Part shown: one piece after another, positions 12,169 through 24,947 of the stretch
How positions within the stretch are numbered: the first letter of the stretch is position 1
Layout of the letters: each line of letters starts with the position of its first letter
Assembly: GCA_038496445.1 (NCBI GenBank)
Contig: JALMLS010000548.1
Location: forward strand, 192,586-256,585
Direction: 5' to 3'
DNA length: 64,000 nt
From: Trichosphaerium sp. ATCC 40318
Taxonomy: Eukaryota; Protista; Tubulinea
Program-made: the position numbers and the translations under genes
Notes under the pieces: model-generated
Databases searched by the model: none
What the model was told of the DNA's origin: nothing
The model's input: only the letters and a program-made list of their open reading frames with translations

Positions 12169-15100
12169 ATGAAAATGTATCAAAAACAGAAGTTGCTTCG
12201 TACTTTCTAATGGAGACCTTTTGGCGTTATTTTATAGACCCTAGATCTCTTACTGATATACAGTATTGTGCTAAAGAGGATAAAATCTACATTCTAAGCA
12301 ATTACACCAAAAATGTAGACAGCGAACGTGATGAGAAAAATAATACGCCCCTGATGACCGCGTGCGCGTAAGTAACGCATACACAGTATTAACAGCAATA
12401 TTTCTTAACGTACAAAACTTCAGAAATACTAGTTTAGCTTTTGTGACGGCTATACTCGATATGGGAGCATCAGCGTCATTGAAAAACAGCCACGGATCAA
12501 CTCCACTTCATTTGGCAGCATACAACCCGTAAGTAACTTTTATTTGAAAAACAGCTATTTACTCTTTTCATTTTTGAAAAATGTTGATTTTGACTTTGCG
12601 GCGTTTGCTACCAGTAGCTTTAAGTTTCATCTCCGTCATTCCTATATGATTGAGCTACGTACCAATTGCAAGTATTATGGTTATAAGAGCTATGAAGATA
12701 AGCCTTGTGAGGCGAACAGCGTTAAAACCGTTTTTTTTGTTCTCAATCTCAGATTTTTATTTAAATCAAAGTGCAATAACAGCATTGTCATTGTACTAAT
12801 ATGTGGATTGATAACATTTTTATTCATTTAGTGGTTCATCACAAGTACAAATTGGCAAGTTACTAATAAAAAATGGAGCACCTATGGAAGCTGTTGACAA
12901 TAATAATTTCACAGCATTACACATGGTACGTGAATAGAATGACTCCATTTTCCTTCTTTTGGGTAATTAGAAATAAAGGCAATAATACAAAGATGCACAC
13001 GCTTTGCAAAGTGGCTCATTGAATCTGGAGCTAATATTGAAGCACAGAGTACGTATATCCTTAGTTCTTGACTTTTGAAAAAATGACACATTTTCCACAA
13101 AAACTAAGAAAAGCACTGAAGTTTTGTTGTTCTGTGCGTTTTATTGTGGCTGCTTCGCACCAAAGGCTCTTTTGTTATCAAATCAATATTCCCTTAGCTT
13201 AATGGTGGAGCATCTGTCTTACACACAGAAGGTTGTGATTTCGATCCTCATAGGGAATATCTTCCTTTTTGTTATTTTCATAGCTAACACTTTACTCAAG
13301 ATAACCAAGGATACACACCACTCATTGTAGCGTGTGCTAACGGTGACACAGAATCAGCTAAACTATTAATTGAGCGAGGTTGTGATGTTACAATACGATC
13401 ACGTGGAAGCCACGAAACATCTTTAATTTTTGCAGTTCGGTAATGCTTTACAAATATGTTGCGGTCAACTCATTTAGTGTAGTTCTGGACACCTTGAAAT
13501 TGTGAAACTCCTACTTGCCAAAGATTTGTCTTTGCTCCATGTCAGAGACGCAAGAAAACTGCATTTTTTGCTTTGCTAAACTAAGTTAGTCCTCTGGATC
13601 ATTACCAATACACTTTACAGCACACCAAGCAGCAAACACTCGTAAGTGATTGCCACTGTTTCAAAACCGCTACATTTTTTTACCTAACAACGTTCTTCCA
13701 CGTAGAAATCTTGGATTTTTTGTTGTCTGTGGGTGCTGATATAAATGCTACTACAAGTGCTAATGAAACTCTACTTCATTTTGCAACTGAAAGAAATGAC
13801 GAGGCTCACATAAGTGCTCTCCTAGATCGTAAAATTAATGCCAATAATCGCTCATCTTTCGGTACAACAGGTAAGCTTTATATCGTATTTCCTTTGCTCT
13901 TTTGGCTACTCCGCCAGCTACGGCTTGGTAATAACAACTGTAAATTCCCTTAGCTTAATGGTGGAGCACCTGTCTAACACACAGGAGGTTGTGAGTTCGA
14001 TCCTCACAGGGAATATTTACAATTTTACGTATTGCAACAATTATTCTGGTAAATTTCTAAGAACATTGTTTAGCCCTTCATGAAGCTTGCATCAAGTGTC
14101 AGTATAATATTGTCAAGTTACTCGTAACAAAGGGAAATGCTGACGTCAATAGTAAAGATACAGATGGATTAACACCTCTTCATACTTTAACACATGCGTC
14201 AGTGCGTAAAAACCGCGAAAACTGTTTTGATTCATTGTGGTTTACCTTAGGCAAAGCAAAGCAGTGAAACTGTTATCAATATTGCATCATTTCTTTTAAA
14301 GTCTGGTGCTGATGTAAACTGTTTAAGCAATGACGGGGTACCTGCACTTCGCCATGCTCTTTCGAGAGCACATCGTTTTGACCTTGTCAAATATTTCTGT
14401 GAGGTACACTTTGAGCGTTTTTCTGATCCTCGCAGCCATTATAATCACGTGATTTTATATAAAATAATAATTGTTTACTTGGTTCAGGTTGGAGCAGAAG
14501 CTTGTAATGAAGATGTTTATGGGTGGACAAACCTCCATTTCCTTGTAAACAACAATAAGCCAAAAGAGACAATTGAGTTCTTTAAATCTTACATTTCCAA
14601 AACCAATCCTGATTTCCTTGAAACGTTTGATCCAAAAAAACCTCGGGTAGAACCTAAAGGTACCGCCAATCCTTTCTTTATTAGTATAGACGCTTATTAC
14701 TTACTTGACATTACAGAAATTGAAACATTCAATGGACTATCAAAAGAAGAAAGACATGAAGTGCTAGGTGGTAACGTATCAATCGAAGCAATTGCAGAAA
14801 AAATTAAGAATAGCTCGATCAAAAAGATTATTGTTCTCACTGGTACGGACAGCAGAAAGTTTTTGGAAATCTAATATGTAAATTAAAGGTGCTGGTATCA
14901 GTACGAACTCTGGAATTCCTGATTTTAGGTCTAAAGAGCAAGGACTTTACACAACAAATTATCTGGCTGAGAAACTTAAAGTTTTCAACAAAAACGCCTT
15001 CTCACTTCAATCATTTCAACAAAACCCAGCAGATTTTTATAAAATCGTAAAGACACTATTCTTACCTATTATAAACGGTGAATACAAGTACGAACTAATA

Positions 15101-16092
15101 ATGATGTATCATTAGATAAATGACGTAAAAAACTAACACCAGAATTAGACCAACACCAACACATTTCTTTTTGAAATTGTTGAGTGATAAAGGACTATTA
15201 CTTCGAAATTATACTCAGAATATCGATGCACTAGAGTCATTTGCAGGTATACCAAAGGATAAAGTAGTTGAAGTACGTGACAGGGAGTTTTAGAGTGTTT
15301 TTGGGTTGTCTGTTTTATTGACATAACAAGAAACTAGGCACATGGATCATTTGGTTCAGCCTCTTGTTCAGTGTGCGGAAAAGAGTGTCCAAGTTTACGA
15401 GAAGTTTGGGACGCTGTTGAAAGAAATGTACGCTTAAAATACTCGAAGAAAGTCTACAATTGTTACCTCTTATACTCGCTGTAGAGAGTTCCTAAATGTG
15501 ATGTTTGTGGTGGTTTTGTTAAACCTAATGTTGTTTTCTTTGGTGAACCACTACAATCTCAGTTCTTTGACAATCAAAAAGTACGACATAAATTTGAAAA
15601 TCACATTGACAAAATGAACTGTACTTTTCTTCTTATTTCTATTTTTAGGAAGATTTCGACACGTGTGATTTGATTATTGTAATGGGAACATCATTGGTCG
15701 TTTACCCATTCGCATCACTTGTAAACAGGGCACCGAAGACTGTTCCAAGACTTGTACGTTTTGTACTATTAACCCATGTTGCTTTCAAAAAAACGACAGG
15801 AATACGATTTTCTGACCCTTTTTTTAAGTTGTTCAACAAAGATCCTACAGGTCCATTCAAAAATGCCGCGTGGTTTAATCCAAAAGAAAATAAGTTTGAA
15901 AAAGCTGAAAACAATACACTTGGGAATCATAACTACCGTGACGTAGCATCCCTAGGTACTACAATGATAAGGTAATGTAAAATTCTAATGTGAATGATAG
16001 GTGATATTGACCAAGGTGTAATGGCATTAGCACAGCTCCTAGGGTGGGAAAAGGATCTTTTGGCGTTAATGGGCACATTAGAAGAAAAGTAG
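12169..16092 (+). CDS. Ankyrin-repeat + class I sirtuin (SIR2) NAD-dependent deacylase (Dictyostelium Sir2B-like architecture)
   Basis: Multiple ankyrin repeats ([30 protein letters not shown]). Sirtuin motifs [25 protein letters not shown], two Cxx[14 protein letters not shown] at 16090-16092. Confidence 0.9.
13188..13259 (+). tRNA. tRNA-Val (anticodon UAC), intronic in the ankyrin-sirtuin gene; T-stem mismatch (G53 replaced by U)
   Basis: Cloverleaf ATTCCCT-TA-GCTT-AATGGTG-GAGC-A-TCTGT-CT[TAC]AC-ACAGA-AGGTT-GTGAT-TTCGATC-CTCAT-AGGGAAT-A, followed by a T-run. Confidence 0.85.
13944..14015 (+). tRNA. tRNA-Val (anticodon AAC), intronic in the ankyrin-sirtuin gene
   Basis: Cloverleaf ATTCCCT-TA-GCTT-AATGGTG-GAGC-A-CCTGT-CT[AAC]AC-ACAGG-AGGTT-GTGAG-TTCGATC-CTCAC-AGGGAAT-A; all stems pair. 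Confidence 0.92.
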
Positions 16093-16543
16093 AAAGGAAC
16101 ATTATCATAGCTAGAGAGGCAGTAATAATAGTACCTTATAATTGCAAGGTCAATAAAAATTATTGAATAAGCAAAACGATAAAATCAGTTATCTGTCTTC
16201 GTTAGTCATGAAGTTGAATTTGTTTGTTAGTATTTTAAAGAGATGTTCCAAACTTGTATTGATTAATTCTTGATGAAGCAAGTAATAATGAGGCAAATAC
16301 GATCTAAAAAATCGTCTACCAATAAATCCATTGTGCTGAGTTATGTTACAGGCTTTATTATGTATACAAGCGTTAAGCGAATATCCAAAATAATGAAATC
16401 GCTTAGGGAGAAACATGTAAAAAAATTACTATTCACAAAAAGAAAAAGAGAACCAGCACTACATAGCTATGATACCTCCCTTTTTCTTTTGTTTTTTCTA
16501 TTATGGTTTTTGGCTTTTTTTTGGGATTGTTGTTAATTGTTAT

Positions 16544-18739
16544 CTAATTTCCAGCCTCAGATATTGGCACTAAGTTGTCAGAGCCAGCACCACGCTTCTC
16601 TTTTCTTTCAACTAGTTGTTCAGTAATCTTGGAATCTATTTCTTCCTCTGAAAAGCCATAATCAGCTGCGAAACTCCTCCAAGCGCGTGCAAATGAGTTG
16701 TCCTTGTAGTATGGACCTAAGAAACAAACGAATAAGTACTTTGAAAAGCGAATAATGAACTATAAAATACGCTGCGCGTAGCTTCTATTATCTACGTACC
16801 CCAAAAAAACTCGTTGCCAGGTTTTACATCCGTGCCATCCTTAAAATGTACACAGAGTGCCGTCATATTATCTTGACTGCCTAGATAATAGGTCAAAAGA
16901 GCAGTAGCGCTAGATTTAGTGGTTTTGCTAGCACTAGATAAGAAATAGAACGTACCGCTTTGTAGCGACTTTTCGCACAAATTAGCAGCAACAATAGCTA
17001 AGTCTGGTTGCTTTTGAACTTGCTAGAGAAAAATTGCGATCAATACTTACTCTACAAACCTACAACGTACTTCATAAACATACTTGCCAACAGCAGTATT
17101 ATCCATTTGCTCGTAAATACCATCACAAGCGAGTAATAAAATGTCACCTTCACTGGCCTACAAAAAAAAACGTGTAAGCGAATTTATAAACCACACAATT
17201 CGCTAAAAGATCGCGTGATTGCTTTTTTTTCCAAAGCTCACAAACAGAACTACAACTGAATAAAAAATAGTACCGTTCTAAATGTGACATCAGGAAGAGG
17301 TATAACTTCTTGTTTATCTGCAGCTAGATCTTTTGTTTTGTACGGTCTATCACCGACAGCTCTACAAAAAACTTAGATTCGGCGTCTTTGGCTTTTATTT
17401 GCACTGTAGGCGCTAGATAAAAGCAATACGCACCTAGATACTGCAAGATTACCATTTACACGACCATTCCTTACAAACCCACCGGCTTCTTTGATGCGTT
17501 TAGCCTCCTACAAACGACATATTAGAGAAATAAGAAGAATCTTTTATTTTTGTTCGAAAAAAAAAATTTGTAAACTTACTTCAGGGACATTTGGACTGTG
17601 ATCATCAGTAAGAGGGAAAATTTCACCGGACTCTATAGAGAACAAAAATGAGAAACTCGAACGAACAGGTGTACATGTTTTTTTTGTTTGCCAAGATGCA
17701 ACGTGGTAGTAAACAAAAAAACGATTTTTTTCGTACTTGTAATAAGCATAGCGCGTGAATCACCAACATTCCCAATCGTAATAAAAAAGTCTTTGGTTTC
17801 TTCACGATGTTGTACAATCGAAAATACTGCAGTTGTACCATCATCCGCACCACTATGTAAACGTAAATAAATTATTATGATCACTGAACTGATTTTTGGG
17901 ACGATTCGGTTGGAATATTTTTGTTTTTTTCGTTTATAATTGCACAAGAAGAGATCAAAAACACGCAGTCGCGATTTAGGAGCGTTTGTCGTTACGTGAA
18001 CACACGCTAAAATGATCCAGTACTTTTTGTAGTAAAAAAATCTCGTGTATGAACACAAAAAAAAATAATTAAGGTAATTAACGCATTTTAGCGATAAAAT
18101 TCGGTTATGCGTTGATAACAAAGAAAATAAAAACTAAATGTACCCAGATTCGGTCAAAAAGTCTTTGTCGGCCTTAGTAGATAATGAGTATATCACGTGA
18201 TTTGCATTCCGGCGTTATTTACCTGCATGACGGCTTTTTGTATTGATTTCGCTTCAAAGTTACCCTCACCTTCTACATATTTGTGTATGCGTTCTGAGCA
18301 AAATTTTGACGCCTGAACAGGAATTTTAGAAACTGAAAAAAGAATATAGAGTTCCAGCGGTCTAAAAGCGATGTCCGATAGCGTATAAGGCGACGGAGTT
18401 GGTTTTTCACATCATGTTAATAAAGACGCACCTTGCTTCCGCAATGGCCATCATAAACGCCGAAGAAATAGCCCTATACGCATATTATTAGCATTGTCGC
18501 GTGTAGTAACACAAACTGTGTAAAATAGTCTTTAAATTGGCTTTAAATGAGCGCCATTTATTGTGTGGAGGAAGGCTGAATACTTGTACACTCACCCCAT
18601 TGTAATCTACGATCAATTGATGCGAGTCTTCCATCTCTGTGCGATATCCTTGCATACTAGCGCCACCAACGCGCAAATGCTCTGTGCCATGCCTGAACAA
18701 AGCCTTACTTTTAAGAGGGTATGATAGCAGAAGCCCCAT
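16544..18739 (-). CDS. PP2C/PPM family protein phosphatase with putative N-myristoylation
   Basis: MGLLLS..., SMQGYRTEMEDSH, FGVYDGHCG, GNVGDSRA, DHSP, LAVSRAVGD, LACDGIYE, GSQDNMT. Confidence 0.92.
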
Positions 18740-18913
18740 GTGCTGTAACTGTCAGTTTAGGCGAGTGACTTTTTGTCGGTTTTTTTTTTTTTTTTTTTCG
18801 AAGCGCAACTGAAATTTACCTTGCGTGACTTTCGCTCCGTTTATATCTCTTGCAATTGCACTGGTAATGCTAAATACGTACAGCCACAACGGAAATTAAT
18901 AAATCGAGTGACT

Positions 18914-20625
18914 ATGGGCTGTGTTCAGGGCGTGGATGGCGAAATGTCCCGCAACAACCAGATCGAGAAGGAGCTGCACAGGACTCGCTTGAAGCTTCAT
19001 AAAAACACTAATATACTTTTACTGGGGTGGGTCACGCAAAAATTTATTTGTTTTAATGGCGTTAAAAGCCCAAATACATTTCTACTTCGTTATTTTATTT
19101 ACTAATGTATCCCAGACCTGGCGAATCCGGAAAAAGCACAATTTACAAACAAATGAAAATTATTCAAACAAACGGAGGTTTCACGAGGCAGGAACTGGAG
19201 AACTATGCGTTCATTATTTACAACAATTGCATTTCGCAAATGAAGGGTAAGTCCATTTGCCTACAAAACGCGCTTTTTTCTTGCTAAAAGCGTTCTTTTC
19301 TAGTTTTAGTAAGCGCTGCTCAACAATTGCGTCTTCCACTTGACAGTCAAGAAAATGTCGTACGTAAACGCTTATTTGGTCGTTTTTTCTTCACGCCGAA
19401 AGCTTATCGAGTCACAATGCAGGCCAAAGCTGGTAAAATGCTACAATTACCGGCGTCAGGAGCCAATTGGAGTAAAGAGATAGGCGAAACAATTAAAGCT
19501 CTTTGGGCAGACTCTGGTATAAAACGATGCTACGATTACAGGGATAGATATTTTCAACTAAACGATAGTGCAAAGTAGTATGTAGTTTTATGGTGTTTTA
19601 TGAATTTTGTTGCACAGATGTGTTGATGTTTCTTTTCTAGCTTTCTTGATAGTATAGATATCTACACAAAGGATGATTATGTACCAACAGAACAAGATGT
19701 GCTCAGAGCACGAGTGAGATCTACTGGTATCGATGAAGCAACATTCAGATTCGAAGACATGTCGTTCAAGTACGTTTTTCCCTTGGTTTTAGCGTTTGAT
19801 TCATGTAATTATCCTTATCTCCATTCTAGTATGATTGATGTTGGTGGACAGAGAAGTGAAAGACGAAAATGGATACATTGCTTCGATGTACGCGAGTTTT
19901 TAAATGCCAAGCTTTTTTGTTTACGCGTGCTTAGGAAGTGACAGCTGTTATATTCGTGGCGTCTTTGAGTGAATACGATCAAATGTTAAGAGAAGAAGAG
20001 ACACAAAATAGAATGCACGAAGCTATCTACTTGTTTGAAGAGATAGCGAACTCAAAAACCTTTCGCGTAAGTGCTTTTTGAAAAAAGTCGTTATAAGTTT
20101 TCAATCTTTGAGTCTACGTAGCTCCCAAATTACCTTTATTTACTTGTATTATTTCTCACCTGGCGCGTAGAATAAATCAATAATCTTGTTTCTAAACAAG
20201 ATGGACTTGTTCTCAGAGAAGCTGATGCGAGTACCATTATCAGTCTGCTTTGAAGCGCACCAGCCTGACGTATCAGATCTATCTACTGATAAGCTTAAAA
20301 CTCAATATATTGAGGAGGCACTTGATTTTATAAAGGTTCGCTTCCTTGAGCGAAACCAATATGATCATACTATATTTACGCACTTTACATGTGCAGTATC
20401 AACAGACAACATCAAATTTGTCTTCAGGTTCGTTTTCTTTCTTTTTTGACTTCTTTCGTTGATGTTTCATCACGTTTGTAATCAATGACCAACTTTGGAG
20501 ACTATTGGTTTAATTTTTGTGTTTTGTTTTCGATGTCAAGCTAAGTACTAAACTTATGTAGGGCTGTGCGTAAGACGTTGTTGACAAAGATAATGAAGGA
20601 GACGGGATTGTACCCCGTACCTTAG
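18914..20625 (+). CDS. Heterotrimeric G-protein alpha subunit
   Basis: MGC N-terminus, [43 protein letters not shown] at 20623-20625. Confidence 0.95.
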
Positions 20626-20871
20626 ATGTGGCTATTCCGCCACAATTATTTCCTGTGGAATTACTACATCATTGTTTAAAATAATGAAATATAGCCACTG
20701 TAGATGGCTTAAGTGGTGACACAGCATGTAAATTAATTAAAGAAAGTTTCGAAATTGCAAATTTACAACACGCACAAATTGAGTGAGAAAAGTTGTGTTG
20801 GGTCTGACGAACCGGTTCAAAATGTTCACTGAATGCTATTGATAAAAAAGAGAGTAAACACAACTAACACC

Positions 20872-21873
20872 ATGGCAGAATCTTCTGGACAAATTACAAT
20901 TGATACCAGCAAATTGGCTGCTATTGATGGTACGCTTGCTGTTATTTCTAAGGTATCGGCTTATCCCTTTTAGAGAGTCGCACACCAGTTGTAAGTACTA
21001 CAAGGAAGCTTTTCAGACTATTGTAACCAATTTTAGATCTTGCTTGGTTGTGGGTCGTTCAATCCAATCACCTTCCTTCATTTACGCTTGTTGGGTGCGT
21101 TTTTAGCCGATTTAATCAATTTATTTAATTGTACGTTTAGAAATGACTAGAGATCACATTATATCGGACGCAAAAGAACTACAAGTGCTGGGAGCGTACA
21201 TGTCTCCTGTCGGAGATGCCTACAAGAAGAAAGGTCTTCAACCGGTTAGTCACCGTATTGCTATGGTAAATCTAGCTATTGAAGACAGTGACTGGATAAT
21301 GATTGACACTTGTACATTGTTTCAACGCGCGGTTTTGTTTTTACTTATTTTCTCGCCTCAGGGGAAAGCACTCAAACCGAATACATTCCAACTATGAAGC
21401 TTATTCGCAAGATACAGGAGAGAGTTGAACCACATTTAAAACGTACTCAATAGAAAGCGAAAAAACCGTTTTCTTTACTAACCAATATTTCACTAGGTAA
21501 ATGCAAAGTGATGCTTGCGTGTGGCGCTGATTTATTGGATTCCTTCAACGTACCAGACCTATGGAGTAAACAAGACGTACATAGCTCTTATTTTTCTCTT
21601 TTGGCCGTTAATTATTGTTAGATGCAAGATATTTGTGGAAACGGTATTGTTGTACTTGAGAGACAAGGTACTGACGTGTCATCTGCTATTGAGAAGAATC
21701 CTATTCTCAAGAAAAACACGGCAACTATTTATCGAGCAACACAAACGTTTCCCAATGATGTTAGTTCCACTCGTATGCGAAAGGCCATAGCTGAAGGAAA
21801 ATCTGTAAAGTATTTGACACCTACTCCTGTTGTTGATTACATTGCAAAACATAAACTATACAGTGCTATTTAA
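20872..21873 (+). CDS. NMNAT: Nicotinamide/nicotinate mononucleotide adenylyltransferase
   Basis: CGSFNPITFLHL, SPVGDAYKKKGL, CGADLL, NDVSSTRMRKAI, SVKYL. Confidence 0.93.
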
Positions 21874-22083
21874 GAAATAAAATACCTAAGTAGGATTAAT
21901 CAGTTAATATTCACCAACTTTTGTTCATTCAACTTCTTTTTTACTACTGTCAATACTGGACGCTACCAAAGAGGATGCACGTACTCGTACAGTGCTCAAA
22001 CTCACAATAACTGCGGCGGTAGAAGAGAAAAGTGGTCAAATACGTTCATTAAGGTTTGTTCGTACACAAAAGGGTTTCCCTTG

Positions 22084-24512
22084 ATGGAAACTCCTCCCTA
22101 CGAGTATTTTAAGAAGAAAATAGCGAGCGTATTAGATGATATTGCACGTGAGAAGTTATCAAAGCGAATGGACCCGCCAATGTTCTTTGCTACGTCAAAA
22201 CTACTACTTGGCGAGCTGGAAAAGCGTAAACTATTAACTCCAGCTGATACAGCTTGGTTGAAAGAAGCAGCTAAAGAAATCGGTTTGAGCGACGTTCTAC
22301 GCCTGTGTAATGACTACATGGAGTTCCTAAACAAACAAGTACTTTGTTTTACAGTTTTAGACACTATATTGCTTATTATATTCCAATTTGCTGTTACAGC
22401 ACTAGGGATCCAATAGATTATAACTTAACGCGTTGTAGGTTCAACCACGCGGTAGAATGTTGGCGCGGCATCGCGGTAACTCTGTACATGATTTCGTGTT
22501 TACTGTACGCTAATTCTTCAACTTGCGCAAATCGTCAAGTATTCCATAAAATTATTGTGCTCAAGTTATTGCCTTTTGGCAAAATCATTCTACATAGCTC
22601 TCGCTAGTACTTACGCGTCTTTTTAGCCTGGTGCAAAGGAGCGACCGAAAAAGGTAACTGCCGAACCAAAGGCTTTTCACACACTACGGACATACAAACC
22701 TGAGGCTCGCGCGGCGCGTATTCCAGTTACAGTCGATATACTCACTCCAGTGAGCCACAAGGAACTGAAAAAGAATGAAAAAACTGATCAGAAACGTCCT
22801 GTAACTATTCAAGTGCCACCAATCGCAAAATCACGAACTATGGAACCGGTTGCTTCGCCACGAGAAACGAAACCTACAAACACAGCATTTAAAGAACACG
22901 TTTCTCCTCGCGGGAGCCCAAAGTTATCTCCTCGCGTTTTTCTAGCGGCTTCTCGTAAGGCAAGTACAAGTGGCGGACACGTCAATGGCAGGATTCGTCA
23001 GAATTCTCAATCAAGCGGTGGACAAGCGGACGCTCTTACTTTACCACCTATGTGTACTCGCGATACGAGTAAATCCGCTCCTCAGCGTTTACAAACAACT
23101 GCAACAGCGCCTGTTAGGGTACCTAACCAGCGAGTGGAGACTGTTACAGTATCCGCACAGCCTGCACCTTGGTCGACAGGTCCTGCTAGAAGGGCTTCTT
23201 CTCCATTTGCATCGAGGTACAGACGTAGTGGTGATATGCGAGTACCAGAACCTCGACTTCGAACTGCAAGTAGTCCTCAGAAAGAGTCGTCAGTCTACAA
23301 AAATATAATGCTTTCAAAACAACGTAAAATATCAGCATCAGCTGCTATTGGTAATACAAGCAAGTATGCTCTTGTTATTGGTAATGGTGAGTATTCTTCA
23401 CCTGTACCGCATGCATCTAATGATGCCGAACTTATGGCAGATCAGTTAAGTTTCATGGGGTATTCTTTGATTGGTGGAAAAGCTCAGATAAATGTTGATA
23501 AAAATAGCTTAGAAAAATGTTTGAAGTTATTCAAACAGATTCTTACAACACGTTCAGATAAGAAGATTAATGCTTTTTTTTATTTTTCTGGACATGCTGC
23601 ACATGTTGATGGATATAATTATCTATTTCCTATCGTTGATAATGTTCTTGACGAGAAATCTGTGCCATACAATTGTATAAAAGTAGACAGGTACGTACTA
23701 GTTTTTAACACTTTTTTTTATCTTTTTTTGTTTCAAATTGTTGCTTATGGAGTTTAGTGTTCTATCTTGTATGGCTCAACCTAATGTTGATTTACGATGT
23801 GTTATGCTTGATTGTTGTCATAAGAATCTTTTAGCAGAAGGTAGACGATATGGTATCGGTAATCAAAGCATACAGGCAAGTACTACAGCCTTCTTTCTTT
23901 ATTTCATAAAAACATCGTACATACTTGTGTTTCGGTACTAATATTATGCATAAATAGAGTGATATCCCAACATGCATTGTTCTATCTGCTGGTGTAGCCA
24001 TGCCCTCTTTAGACAAGTACGAAAATGAACTTTGCTTCTGCAAATTCTCAAAAAATTCTTATTTTTCATTTCTTTGTTGTTTTTTTCCTCATGTCTCATA
24101 CTTTGTAATAGACCTAGTGATGATACGTCTATGTGGACAAAACATTTTTTAAGTCAAAGTAGTGATGTAACCAAAAGTTTGGGTAGAGCTTTGCACCGTA
24201 AGTTTTTTGGAGCTTGTTTTTTCTTCTTCTGGCGGATATCGTTGTTATTTATTGTTTTTCGTCGTCTATCATATTCTTACAATAATTTTAGTTGCTGCTT
24301 CAGCAGTTACGAGGGAAACAGCACAGGTACGCTTTGATGATCAATTTCTTTTATTTTTCGTTTTTCTTCTCCGCTTGGTTAAAAAATCGTATTAACGACG
24401 TTTCGTTTCGTATTTTGATTGTCTGTTGTAGATTTCTGTTAAACATAAACAAATTCCTGTCATACAATCAAATTTTAATGCATACGGGATATGCCTTTAT
24501 GAGCAATCATGA
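22084..24512 (+). CDS. Caspase-family (peptidase C14, paracaspase-like) protease with N-terminal death-effector-domain-like module and long low-complexity linker
   Basis: ALVIGNGEY, NDAELM, FYFSGHA (catalytic His), NYLFP, MLDCCH (catalytic Cys), C-terminal QIP. N-terminal helical segment LLGELEKRKLLTPADTAWLKEAAKEIGLSDVLRLCNDY. TGA at 24510-24512. Confidence 0.85.
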
Positions 24513-24947
24513 CAAATGTGGAAAAAAAAAACCCCACCTGTAAATAAATAGTGACAACAGTTTAAAAAAGATAGAGGACGTCACAGATTAAAACAAAAAA
24601 TCCAACATAAAGAAATGGCTCTGGCAAGTTTGCTAAAAGGGTAGGTTCACGCGTGACCCGTAAAGTACTCATTATATACTGCAAAACTAAAACAGTAAAA
24701 AGGGCCACTTACAACAAACAAACCAAGATAAAGCTGTATTGGTTAACTCAAGGTTGCAATGTACATCTAATTTTTTTGCAGTTTTTTTGTAAAACTTGGA
24801 GTTTTCCAGAGTGCTATTAAATAGTCATAGGCGTGGTTTTTTACTTGTTCGTATACTTTGCAGCCTGCTTACCCCTTTGGCAGCAATTTGGCACTTTTCG
24901 TTCAAATAAGGAAGTCCTATCTTTATTTTAAACTCTCGACACCAAGA

